Source of the DNA: Utricularia gibba
Lineage: Eukaryota; Plantae; Magnoliophyta
Assembly: GCA_002189035.1 (NCBI GenBank)
Contig: NEEC01000014.1
Span: forward strand, 2,294,001-2,358,000
DNA length: 64,000 nt
Direction of reading: 5' to 3'
Of the stretch, positions 23,479-35,740 are shown piece after piece. The translations under genes were made by a program, and so were the position numbers. How positions within the stretch are numbered: position 1 is the stretch's first letter; the number at the start of each line of letters is the position of its first letter. Under the pieces are notes generated by a model. It had not been told where the DNA came from. It saw nothing but the letters and a program-made list of their open reading frames with translations, and did not search any database.

Positions 23479-26400
23479 ATGGCGTCGGCGGCGGGGATGC
23501 GTGTGGTGACTGTAGGCGGGAAAGGCTCATCTCTTGCATCCTCCTCTGTTTTTGAGATCGCCAATGGGGTTGCTCGTGTTGCGATCGACGCTTCAGCTAT
23601 TTCCCGGCGTTCCTCCTCGTCGTCAGTTTCTGCGTCCAAGTTTCAGTTTTCAATTCCAACTTTCTTTACTCCAGAAGAATCCAGGGCTACTTTGGTTCTC
23701 CTGTTGAATAAGCTACTGGTGTCTTCTTCCTCTTCTTGTGTCACCCAGCTTCTGGAAATTCTGGACGGTGATGTTATTGCCTCAGGATACTCACTTGACG
23801 GCGTGGAATCAAGTGATTTGGGTGCGATCGATTACACATCTGCTGCAATTGATGGCGTCTCCGGAATCCTTGATCATTGCGTTGCTGGGTTGTCTTCAAC
23901 GGTGGACGCTGTCGCAGCTATGTCATGTGAGGCTTTGAGAGCCGACGCGTCGTCTTTCAATTTAATGGATTCTGGAGATGGTTCTTCAGCCAAGGATGTG
24001 GTTGCTGTTGCTGCAGATTTCAAAATATTCTTTAACGATTCAAAGATGGTTAAATCAGGCAGTGGACTTTCCGATCCTTCAGTCGCGGAGATTCCTTCTG
24101 TTCACGGATCTTTGAGGGAAATATCACGGTTGCTCCATTCCAAAACGAGGGTTCAGTTGAATTCTGGATTTAGAGATGGATCGGTCAAGGACATGTCCAG
24201 TGCATTGCTATCCCTTGCTCGGGCTTTGGCGAACTTGGGGGAGATAAGTATCCGGCGTACAATGCTACTACTTTCCAACTCATTTCCTGATGTGAAACTC
24301 CAGTCTCGTTTATCAGAAAGCTTAGTCGCCAAATGCCTTAACTACGATGAATTGGAAGGATTATGCGAGTCCGCTTATTCTTCTCTCGGAAAGAAGAATT
24401 ATCTCCTTTTCGTCCACAAAGTTTTTGATTTGCTTGAAGCTGTTAGGAGCATTATTTCCTGTGAGGCGATAACTGCCTTTCTTTCCCATGAAGGAAGTTC
24501 AGTGTTATCTGATAGCAGTTGCATTAGCAATGACATCACTGGTCAGTCTTCAGTTGATGAAACTTCTAACACTTCGAAGAAAAGTGACAAGAAAAAGAAG
24601 GGAGGTTTGGGGAAGGGTACTTCAGATTTTATGAAGTTTCTTAAGGAGACGCTACTTGGAGAAGCTACAAAAGTTAACTTGGAAAAACTAGTTGATGATT
24701 TCATATCATTGCTAAACCCAAGGTTCTTGGTGTTTAGCGATCTCTTATTGAAAGTTAAGAAGATCGTTGAAAGCAATGAAAGTCTAAAGCGACCTAAGCT
24801 CCCAAAGGTATGATGCTGCTATTTTTGTTTTTATTCAACATTGTTTGTAGATTGTCAATAGATTTTCCTGAATTTAAGCATTGAAGAAAACAGAGGTGTT
24901 TTCTTAGACGGATGGTGATTGGATTGGAAGGCGTTTTCGATGTAGTCGCTTCCTCACTATTTTTCGTTTAATCTTGTTTCTTTTGTTCGAGAAAATTAGA
25001 ATGGCATTCCAGAGTGTTCATAAAAAGATTGTGAAAATTAATGAACGAAAAACTAAAACTTGGGAGGCTGATGAGAAGTTATCTGAAGTCAAAGTGTAGA
25101 AGGCAGTTTTTCTTTAATTGTTTCAGCTTTCCTTAATTGGTTTCACTTCTTAAAAGTTAATCTGGGTGTCCATATTTATCAAGTTTCTCGATTTTCTTCC
25201 CACCATTGAATGTTTCATTGGCTGACTTTGTTTTCTTTATGCTCGCACAGGGAACTCGAGATTTTTCAAAAGAGCAGATGGCTGTTAGAGAGAAAGCATT
25301 TTCAATAATAGTTGATGTTTTCAAAAGGCATGGTGCGATGTCCTTAGACACCCCTGTCTTTGAACTGAGAGAAACTCTCATGGGCAAGTATGGGGAAGAT
25401 GCTAAGTTGATTTATGATATTGCTGACCAGGTATGCTCTTTGTCCGTGGGTATCTTTATTATTTTACGTTTCCAATAATGTATCTAATATTAGAATATGG
25501 ACGTGAACCGTTAAGTTCACATATTTAACTCCAGTGGATTGACAATTGGCATATATATTTTTTTTTCTCAGGGAGGAGAACTTCTCTCCCTTCGTTATGA
25601 TTTGACTGTTCCTTTTGCTCGATATGTTGCTATGAACGGTTTGACCTCATTCAAAAGGTACCAAATTGGGAAAGTGTACCGAAGGGACAATCCATCCAAG
25701 GGGCGATACCGGGAGTTCTATCAGTGTGATCTTGACATTGCAGGTCAATTTGAAAAAATGGGACCAGACTTTGAAGTTATCAGAATCTTGACTGAGTTGC
25801 TCGATGAATTGGATATTGGGGATTATGAGGTTAGCGCCCCTCATGATTTAATTGATTGTATTTACTTTCTCGACTTTAATGAAAGTGTCTTATTTCTTTA
25901 GGTCAAGTTAAATCATCGAAAGTTACTCGATGGTATGCTAGCTATATGTGGGGTGCCTGCAGAAAAGTTCAGGACCATCTGTTCGAGCATCGATAAGCTA
26001 GACAAACAAACATTTGAACAAGTCAAAAAAGAAATGGTGAGTAAGGTGCACTTGTTCAGGAAACTTTGTACGGTACATGAATGTGAGTTCTTTTATAGGT
26101 ACAAGAAAAAGGCTTAGCTGAGGAAGTTGCTGAAAAAATTGGCACTTTCGTTAAACTCAGAGGTTCTCCTTTGGAGTTGCTGTCCAAGCTAAAGGAAGAA
26201 GGTAGCGAGTTCCTGACTAACAGTGACTCGGAGCTTGCACTGTCCGAATTGGATATTTTATTCAAGGCCCTGGCGAGGTCCAAGTGTATCAACAAAGTGG
26301 TTTTCGACCTTAGTCTTGCTAGGGGTCTCGATTATTATACTGGAATGATATTTGAAGCTGTCTTCAAAGGCACTACTCAGGTACTGCCCCGAATTCTGAC

Positions 26401-27047
26401 ATCTCATTTTTGTTAAACTCGTGGTACTCAATTGTGTGAATCGCAATCTCTTGGGAAAGGCATTTAGATGGGCGTTGTGATATGTAGGTGGGTTCAATTG
26501 CATCCGGTGGACGCTACGACAATCTGATTGGGAGTTTAGGCACCAAACATGTTCCAGCCGTCGGAATCAGCTTAGGAATAGAGCGAGTCTTCGCTATAAT
26601 GGAGGACATTCAGAAGGATCGAAATCAGGTATGCCATGCTCAGTCACCCTTCTGCTTTAATCTAAAGGATTGTTTTCTCAACATCTGTCTTGACATGTAA
26701 TCATCCCAACGTGAAAATTTGTTTGCTTTTTTAATTATCAGGACATCCGAGCCACTGAAACTCAAATTCTGGTGAGCATCCTAGGAGATGATCTATCTCT
26801 AGCAGCTGAGATCACCTCTGAACTGTGGAGCAACAAGTTCAAAGCCGAGTTCATGGTCAACAAGCGGATGGCGAAGCACTTCGACCGCGCCACGGGATCA
26901 AAGATTCCATACATGGCCATCGTCGGGGACCATGAACTCAGCAAAGGAACAGTGAAACTGAAAAATGTCAAGGCTGGGACTGAGGAAGAAGTCCCACTCG
27001 ACGCACTTGTGCCGGAGCTTCAAAGACGCTTAGAGAAGCAGCCCTGA
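23479..27047 (+). CDS. HisRS: Cytosolic histidyl-tRNA synthetase with plant N-terminal HAL-like domain
   Basis: Long first exon 23479-24807 ([11 protein letters not shown]...[10 protein letters not shown]), then PK|[42 protein letters not shown] and GGRYDNLIG motifs and the anticodon-binding domain. TGA at 27045-27047. Confidence 0.96.
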
Positions 27048-27482
27048 AACCACACCCCTGCAACTTATGATTGCCAAGATTTGATTTTTGGTAGACAGAA
27101 GAGAAATATATAAGAGGATTTTGGTGTATTATTCCATTTGAATTGACTTTCTTGAATCTGGAATGTGTTGGGTTCGGGTCCAGGTTGGTACGTTGCGAAA
27201 TACCCAAACTACCCCCGTTGCTCGTATAATCCCATCCCATCTGCTCGGAATTAATATATGTTAGTTGTTATGGGTCGTCAACCTTCATCCATCCCCCGGG
27301 ATTCTCCAAGACTCCAACTTTACGTCGAAGTTTCTGATTTCCTATCTGGGAAGCGCTTCTCTCCCTTGAAGGCCTTTTCAGGATCTTAAATTTCAGGGTT
27401 CCGTTGATAATCTTAACGAGGTTCCGTTTTCGTGTGATATGTTATGTGCTGGTTGTCGAGATTGTGCAATAGGGTGCGCGAA

Positions 27483-28810
27483 ATGGCTGAGAATGGGTCT
27501 CGTTATTGTTCGAAGAAGATGGACGATGAATGTAGTGAGGTTGTTTCTTGTTCGTTTGACGCCTTGCCTCTGTCCTTATCGTAAATTGTGTCGAATTTGA
27601 TGTTTAAACCAGTTCCCCTGGAATCAAATTGGAATATTGTTGTGCTTTTTATTTGCTGTTGTTGTTTTCGTCTGGTGTGAAGGTTTTTGTTTTGTGTTGT
27701 GCGAATGTGCAGGAATCTGGGCGGATTTTGAGCATGACGAGATTGAGATGTATTTTCCGTGGACTGGACATAAAAGCTTTGCTTTTTCTGACTGTCCTCG
27801 TCCCAACATTTGTGCTTATTGTCCACATCCATGGACAAAAGATAACCTACTTCTTGAGGCCTCTGTGGGAATCCCCACCCAAGCCCTTCACAGAACTACC
27901 ACATTACTACCATGAGAATGCTACTGTCGAGAATTTATGCAAACTTCATGGCTGGCGGACGCGGGACTATCCTCGCCGTGTCTTCGATGCAGTGCTGTTC
28001 AGCAATGAGGTCGACATCCTCAAGATTCGATGGAAGGAGCTGCATCCCTATGTCTCAGAGTTTGTTCTCCTTGAATCAAACTCCACTTTCACAGGCTTAA
28101 GTAAACCCTTCGTCTTCTCGAGTATCCGGGATCAGTTCGGTTTCATGGAGGCACGGCTTACTTACGGACAGATACAGGGGAGGTTCAAGAAAGGGGAAAA
28201 TCCCTTTGTCGAGGAGGCATACCAGAGGCTTGCATTGGACTTCCTTCTGAGAAAGGCTGGAATTGAGGATGATGACCTGCTGATAATGTCTGATGTTGAT
28301 GAGATTCCGAGCCGGCATACGATCAACCTTCTGAGATGGTGCGATGGGATTCCACCCATTCTGCATCTTCAGCTGCGGAACTATCTGTACTCATTCGAGT
28401 TTTTTCAGGACAACAAGAGCTGGAGAGCTTCAGTTCATGTGTATCAATCAGGGAAGACGAGATATGCACATTACAGACAGTCTGATGTGAGATTGGCCGA
28501 TTCCGGGTGGCACTGCAGCTTTTGCTTCAGACATATCGATGACTTCATCTTCAAGATGAACGCCTACAGCCATGTTGATCGTGTGAGGTTTTCTCACTTC
28601 TTGAATCCCAAGAGGATCCAACGAGTAATATGCGACGGTGCGGATCTGTTCGACATGCTGCCTGAGGAGTACAGTTTCAGGGAGATCATCGGAAAGCTCG
28701 GCCCTATCCCTCGATCCTACTCCGCTGTTCATCTCCCTGCATATATCATGGAGGAGCACGATCACTACAAGTTTCTGCTACCTGGAAATTGCATCAGAGA
28801 AGGCGGATGA
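27483..28810 (+). CDS. GT17 beta-1,4-N-acetylglucosaminyltransferase-like (MGAT3-like) protein
   Basis: Short exon 27483-27539 ([19 protein letters not shown]) plus exon 27713-28810 with [25 protein letters not shown] and GWHCSFCFR. Confidence 0.92.
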
Positions 28811-29766
28811 GCTCCACTGGTGCAAGATGCAAAGTCCCTAGTTAGTAATTTACGAGACTAACACTGTGGAGATTAGAAGTGACCGCATTTCTAACAGGTT
28901 GAAGATGGTGAATGGTAAGGGCTGATTTCATAGCAGAGTTTCCAGTTCCAATATTCCATGATACTCTAGATTTTGCTTCTCTTCTTCATTTTTGGCATTG
29001 GATCCAATATTCTATAACATGTTCAACGTTTAACACAATATGTTTCACCGTAATGAAAAAAGGTGGATGGTTTCTCTGTAGTTTTGATAGACATAAGGAT
29101 TCAATGTGGTTCCAAGAAGAAGAAACCAGTTTGGACAGTGAACAATGGAAAAGGACAAACATCCCAGAACACAAAAAAGGTAGAATCCAAGCAAAATTCT
29201 ACTGAGTGCTGATGTGACTCGAGTTCAGGTCACTCTTTTACAGCAGAGGAAGAAGACGACCAACTAGCAGACATGCAGTGAGAAAAAGAAGGTTCTATGA
29301 TGCTCACCAGCTATAACTTCCATTACCCACTGAAAGTAGGCCTACCCTGCAATGATGCAAAGCTTGCAGCACAGTCGATTCCCCAGGCAAAATCAATGTA
29401 ACTTTGAGGCTGGAATGAAAAGACAAAAAAGAAGCAGGAACCATGTATGGGAGGTGCTTGCTCCCCACCTTCCAAGTAAGAGATTCGATAAGTATGAGAC
29501 TCGTTGGATCAGGACACGTCGAACCGAGTGTCCGTTTCCCGACACGCTCAATGAAACAGTATCCGCCGGAGTTGCAACTCATTCCATATTTAATTACTAT
29601 AAAAAAAATAAGAGTGGTTGGGCCCCACTCTGATCAGATATAGAAACACGTCTATTTACGGTAACAGCGAAAAAAGGGGGCCTAATCACACACTAATTAC
29701 TTAATTAGTAATCATCGATATCCCCCCAAACTCCACACGTCTGACGTCATCAGCGGGGGTCAAACT

Positions 29767-30998
29767 CTACAGGGCGATCCGCCAAACCTTGATCTCACCG
29801 TCGAGGCTCCCACTCATCACTCTCACATCGCTATCTCCGCCGCCGTATTCCGCCGCTAGGGACCTCACCGGCGACCGAAGCCCATCCAGCACTGATAAGG
29901 AAGTGTAGCTCCCGTCGACGCGCCTCCGCCAAATCCTCACCGTGCGATCGGCCGAACCGCTGAACAGCAAGTCGTCGAGGTTGATCAAGCAGAGTATTGC
30001 TTTGGAGTGTCCTCTGAGTGTCCCACGCGCCGCCATGTGATCATTGCAGTTTTGTCTTTCCCACACGAGAATGGATCTGTCGCAGGATCCGGAGAAGAGA
30101 ACCGATCCGCTGGGGTTTAGGGCTAAGGCATTTACGGCGGATTTGTGTTTCTGCAGAGTTGAAATCAGGGCATATTTTTTCCCAACTTTCTTCCACACTT
30201 TGATTGTCCGATCGGCGGAGCCGGTGTAAATGAATCCGTCCATAGAAACCGCCACCGCGTTAATGGCGTCGTCATGGGCTCTGTTGATTGATTGGAGGCA
30301 GTTATTTCTCCGGCCTCCCCAGACTTTGATGCTTCGATCCCATGAAATGGATACAATCGAATCGTCGAAGTCAGAGGCAGCGAGTCCCGAAACGGTGTCG
30401 TAATGCTCTACGGTGAGTTTCTTTCTGTGGCGGCGGATGGTGACGTAGTTTCCCGGGAGAACGGCTCTGCAGAGACGATCGGAAACCGTTGGAAGGGACG
30501 CAATTTGTTTGTGCTGTTTCTGATCATTCACAATCCACACTCTGATTCTGCAATCCTGATGGGCGGTGTAGATTTTTCCAGAAAGAAACGCTATCGATTT
30601 CACCGCTCCGGAGGAGGCCTTCTCGATGCAGAAACTGTCGACGAGGGAGTTTTCCATCCAATCGTAGACGTCGATTTCGTTTCCCACGGCCGCGTACAGT
30701 AGATCATTGTGCACCGCGAGGAAACTAACGGCAGCGGCGCGGCCGCGGTGCAAGATAGTAGAGCTCACGGCGGTGCAACCTGAATAGTCGGAGAGTGCGA
30801 GCTTATCGAGGGAGGGCAGAGTTTCAAGGGAGATGGTGCTCTGTATGCTGCCGCTGATGCTGCTGCTGCTTTCCGAGGATGAGAGTTGGGAGTCGGACAA
30901 TGCGTCGTCGGAGGGGATCCCGGGCCAAGGGAATAAGGAGGCCGCAGAAACGGGTCGCCGGTATTCGCGACGGTCAGCAACCAAGATTCTAGCTCCAT
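29767..30998 (-). CDS. Intronless WD40-repeat protein (JINGUBANG-like family); apparent 1-nt frameshift near the 5' end
   Basis: WD repeats (IYTAHQDCRIRVW, SISWDRSIKVW, AHDDAINAV, YTGSADRTIKVW, GHSKAILCL, SGSLDGEIKVW). The only nearby ATG (30998, MELESWL) is off-frame by one base at 30913-30924. Confidence 0.88.
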
Positions 30999-32218
30999 CG
31001 GCTTCGTTGGTTCGCGTCGAGGAAAATGAGGTGGGAATACAAGACAGAGGGAGGGGGGATATTTATGTTTGAAAAGCCAGATACCGAAGACTCGGAACAT
31101 ATCTTTTCTACACATGTCGTCCATGGGCAATAGTGGAATTTCAAATGACTACCAAAAGGAAAAAAAAAAAAAAAAAAACTTTATTCCAAGTTTATAATAA
31201 AATAAAAATTTAACCTTCTATAGTTTATTAATAATGAGAAAAAACTTTTAAATTTCAATTCTTTTTTAAAAATATCATTTAAATTGTACGGAATAAATTC
31301 TAAATCTTGGTAATATCCTCAAAACCAACCAATAAAACCACAGGTACCCGCCCCGGTCAACGTGCCCGGGATGCTTATTCGGGTCAACTATGAGTACGGA
31401 TCCATGGGTCAGCAGATATGAGGCAAAAAATCTTACCCCCAGGCGATGATATTTCTGACATTTGTGGCCATAATTGACTCATCTTTTACTTTTTTCCTTT
31501 CTTTTTTTTTAAAAAAAATAATATATCCACACCGAACGATCCTAAAGGCAGTGAGTGATTGGTGTGGATGCCATTGTGTATTCTATTTGTGTGGATGGTG
31601 GCAACTGCCCCCGCCCATAGATATTCATGGCTAACAAGATACTAGGTTCCCTTTCCGGGTCGACCCGACCCGATCCAACCCCCTTATTATTGGATACTTT
31701 TTCAAAGTCAGACCTGCAGTTGATGATCCATGTGAATGAGGTTTGCGCCGCCAAGTCTACAGATCAGCCTCCTGGACTGCATTACGTCCGTAGGAAAGTT
31801 GCTGAAGGGAGGGGTTTGAAGAAGCTGCGTTTTTAAGGCCGGTGGTCGTTCCACGGCGGCGATAATGAGGAATTCAACCAGTTTGGTGATCACAACGAAA
31901 CCGTAACAGCTTGTCATGGAGAAGACCAGCAGAAATATACTTGCAGTTTGAGCCTTTCCAATAACTTAGGGATAGAATCAAATCACAAGTTTCCGTGCGT
32001 TGCAGTTCATGGCCGGAGGTAATGCAGCTAGCAGGCAACTGATAAAGATGGCCTATCGACCAAAACCAACCGCAAGATGCAATAAAAGAAGAGGTTTTCA
32101 GACCGTGATGGTCGATGGATTGCATAATCTACTTTCAAACTTAGAGACAGAGCCTTATTACAAACATGCGCAGATAGATTCCATTATGTACATGACAAAA
32201 CCGAGCAGAGGGAACACA

Positions 32219-32404
32219 TCATTTTTTGGTGGATGATTTCTTGCCGATGCTCTTTATCCAACTGAACCCCATGATCTTCTTCCAGGGTTTGCTTTTGTTG
32301 CCCTCCCCGTGCTTCCCTCTGTCGTCCTTCCTGGTTTCCGATGGGATCGGCTCGGGGTCCCATTGGTCCGCCCACGACGGACCATTGGAATTGAACACAT
32401 CCAT
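32219..32404 (-). CDS. Small basic plant protein of the 'SWADQWD' family (uncharacterised)
   Basis: MDVFNSNGPSWADQWDPEP...GFSWIKSIGKK; the SWADQWD and GFxWIK motifs are typical of this family. Confidence 0.7.
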   Translation of the reverse strand: MDVFNSNGPSWADQWDPEPIPSETRKDDRGKHGEGNKSKPWKKIMGFSWIKSIGKKSSTKK

Positions 32405-33529
32405 ATCTGCTTGTGCCGATACCAAATCTCCCCACCATTTTTTTAGCAGGAGAAGGATAGATTTTCTACTGTTATGTTTAGAAAAAAAGCCCCTCTCTTT
32501 TTGTAGGGAGATGAAGAAATCGCTCTAATCCACTAAAAAAATGTTGATGGCCTCAATCAAATCATTACCTCATGTATACAAATAAAGTGTTTTAAATTCC
32601 GGCGGAGTTTCGCCGGAGCTCTGTGTTTCAGAAAAAAAAAAAAAAAAGATTTAAATAAGCTTTTTTTATCATCAAAATTTTTCTTAAATAAAAAACTAGA
32701 TTTAAATAAATATATTTATAGTTACAAAATTTAAGATAAGCATATCTTTTACAATTTTATAAAACATATAATGGATTAGTTATCAATTCATACAAACTTT
32801 GCTGTATAAAAACATTGATTCTTTCGTATTGGTATTTATTGATAACTCATAAATTATACTTTTTCGAATAATTATACTGAAGATCATCCAATTTGTTTCT
32901 AACTTTTTTATTTATTCGATTCTAAATAGTATAGAGTATAACATACGATATGATCTTTACTGTTTTTTATATTTTTATTAACATTCTTTGTGTAAGAAAC
33001 TTAATTTAAATAAGATAATGGAATATATTATATGTAAACTTAAATTAAAATTACATCTTTATAATCTCTTTTTTGTATTTTTAATTTTTAATTTATATTT
33101 ATATTAAAAATTTAAATCTCTTTATTGAAAAAAAATCATATGTAAATTTGGGTCATTCTCCCATAATAAATTATTGTGACTCAAATTTTGAAATATGGAA
33201 TTTTTCCGAATTTTTTGAAACTAATTATGGAATCAAATATCTATTTTGGATAGAGATAAGCAGATTAAAGTCAAACAAACGTTATAAAAATCTCAAATAT
33301 TGAAGCGACTCGGCCTTTGAATGCACCAAGTTTTTCGCAGTTGGTTGCATGAGTTGGAATCATGCGAAAGCTATTCCTTTTGAATAGGTAACGACTTCCA
33401 CTCCATTCGAATCATTCAGTTCTACTTCAGAGGCGCGCTGATAGTGAACTGCAATCCTATCGTGATAAAAAAGCAGCAGAAAAGATCTGGGTTTCTTGCT
33501 TTTGGAGAGTTTCAGACGCTGTAGTGAAG

Positions 33530-35343
33530 ATGGTGAGAAACGAGTTCGACGAGGAGGACAATCGGCAACCAAAATCCCACGATGATTGGTTCGCCATCAC
33601 CGCATCTAGAACCGCCACATGGTACTCCTCCACCTTCCACAACGTCACAGCGATGGTTGGCGCCGGAGTTCTCAGCCTCCCCTACGCCATGTCTCACATG
33701 GGATGGTAACCTGATCGGGTCTCTCTGGTTAGCGCTAGTAATTTCTGTTTCTGAATTTGTATTCTGGTTTGCAGGGGGCCGGGAATAACTCTGATGGTGT
33801 TGTCATGGATCATCACGCTGTATACTCTTTGGCAAATGGTGGAGATGCATGAGATGGTTCCAGGGAAGAGATTCGATCGTTATCATGAACTGGGGCAGTA
33901 TGCATTTGGGGAAAAGCTTGGGCTTTACATCGTTGTTCCTCAGCAAGTTGTGGTTGAAGTGAGTACTTGCATTATTTACATGGTCACCGGAGGGAAATCA
34001 CTGCAGAAGTTTGCGTTGAGTGTGTCACCTGGCCACAAGCCTCTTAAGCTCACCATTTGCATCTTCATTTTTGCTCTCATTCACTTCTTTCTGTCACATC
34101 TCCCCAATTTCGACTCCATCAGCAGCGTCTCTCTCGCTGCTGCGGCGATGTCAGTTGCGTAAGTGCCTGGATACCTTTGAAATTCTTCATACTTGCAAAC
34201 AGAACTGTCTATGATTGCTTGTTGGTTGCGCAGATATTCCACGATTGCTTGGACAGCTTCACTGGCAAAAGGGCGACTTCAGAACGTGGCTTATACATTA
34301 ACAGGAGCCAGCGAAATAGCCAAAGTCTTCAACTTCTTGAATGCGTTGGGAGACATTGCTTTTGCTTATGCAGGACACAATGTTGTGTTAGAGATTCAGG
34401 CGACAATCCCTTCAACCCCTGAGAAACCCTCCAAGAAACCAATGTGGAAAGGAGTTGTATTGGCTTATCTGGTCGTCGCTTTTTGTTACTTTCCGGTGGC
34501 ATTCCTCGGGTACTACACCTTCGGAAACGCCGTGGACGACAATATCCTCCTGACGCTTGAGAAGCCCCGGTGGCTCATCGCCGCCGCCAACATGTTCGTC
34601 TTGATTCACGTCATCGGCGGCTACCAGGTCCCCATCCCATCGCACCCAATCCACACCCATTTTCACTACACGCAACACGAGTATAAACCTGGATTTGGTT
34701 GACTGTTACATCGGAGTGTTTGTTTTCAGATCTATGCAATGCCTGTTTTCGACATGATCGAGACCCTGCTCGTCAAGAAGCTCAAGTTTCAGCCGTCGTC
34801 GTTCCTCCGCCTCACCGTTCGTAGCTTATACGTCGGTAAGTAGTCTGTTCCCATATGAAAAATTCAAGCTTTTGTTGGAGAAAAATGTTGCCTATCCCCA
34901 CACTTTGGCGATGTGTTTATGGCAGCCGTAACGATGTTCATCGGCATGACATTCCCGTTCTTCGGCGGCTTAGTCGGATTCTTCGGAGGATTAGCATTGG
35001 CCCCAACTACATACTACGTAAGTACAGCAGCAAAAGCTTCTCAATTCTTAGCAATTTAAGCACACCAGGTTTTTCATTCTCATCCACAGCTTCCATGCAT
35101 CATCTGGCTAAAAGTGAAGAAGCCTAAAAGATTCAGCTTCTCCTGGTTCATCAACTGGGTATCTCCTCCCTCTACCCCTTTTAAGCAATGTTCTGGAGTA
35201 TGAAAATCATATATAGTGAACTGTAACCTCTGATTTCTTCTCAGGTCTTCATAATTCTGGGTGTGATTCTGATGTGTCTGGCCCCGATCGGAGGCATGAG
35301 GAACATCGTAGTGTCAGCCAAATCCTACAAATTTTATCAGTAG
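33530..35343 (+). CDS. LHT: Lysine/histidine transporter (LHT, AAAP family), tandem copy 1, apparently intact
   Basis: [66 protein letters not shown] and [13 protein letters not shown]|LPCIIWL. Seven exons; TAG at 35341-35343. Confidence 0.93.
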
Positions 35344-35740
35344 GGAGAAGGCAGGATCTCAGAAACCCACAAGCTCACTCTCTGTAAATACCTTGTCCAA
35401 AAGTAGCAAGCAGAAGTCTATTTTCTTTATAGTAGAGTAGGATTTAGGAGACCTCAATCATTGGAAAATGTTATTGAGTTGTTTTTTGATAAAGTTTGGA
35501 TTTTTAGCAAATCTTATTTAAATCTCATTTCATATAAGTTAAGAATTAGATCTAAAAACAGGTAATGAATGAAATGAAAAGCCATTACAAAATCATGCAG
35601 AAGTTGCTCCTTTTGAATCAGTCACTGTTTCCTCCTTAAGCTTCGCCCTCGCAGTCGAATGGTTTCATTCTATTTAAGATGAGTGCTAGTTGAAAGGGGC
35701 CTGTGTGTTTCTTGTTTGCTTCCATTGCATCTCACTCAAA

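Noticed and set aside
23479-24807. HAL-like domain fused to HisRS as a novel fusion
   Set aside because: This N-terminal extension is an established feature of plant cytosolic HisRS.
31340-31690. ACCCG/CGGGT repeats suggesting hAT-type subterminal repeats
   Set aside because: Too few copies, and no terminal inverted repeats or 8-bp target-site duplication were found.
31627-31836. 69-aa plus-strand ORF (MANKILG...LHYVRRK)
   Set aside because: No family motif recognised and the length is within chance expectation.
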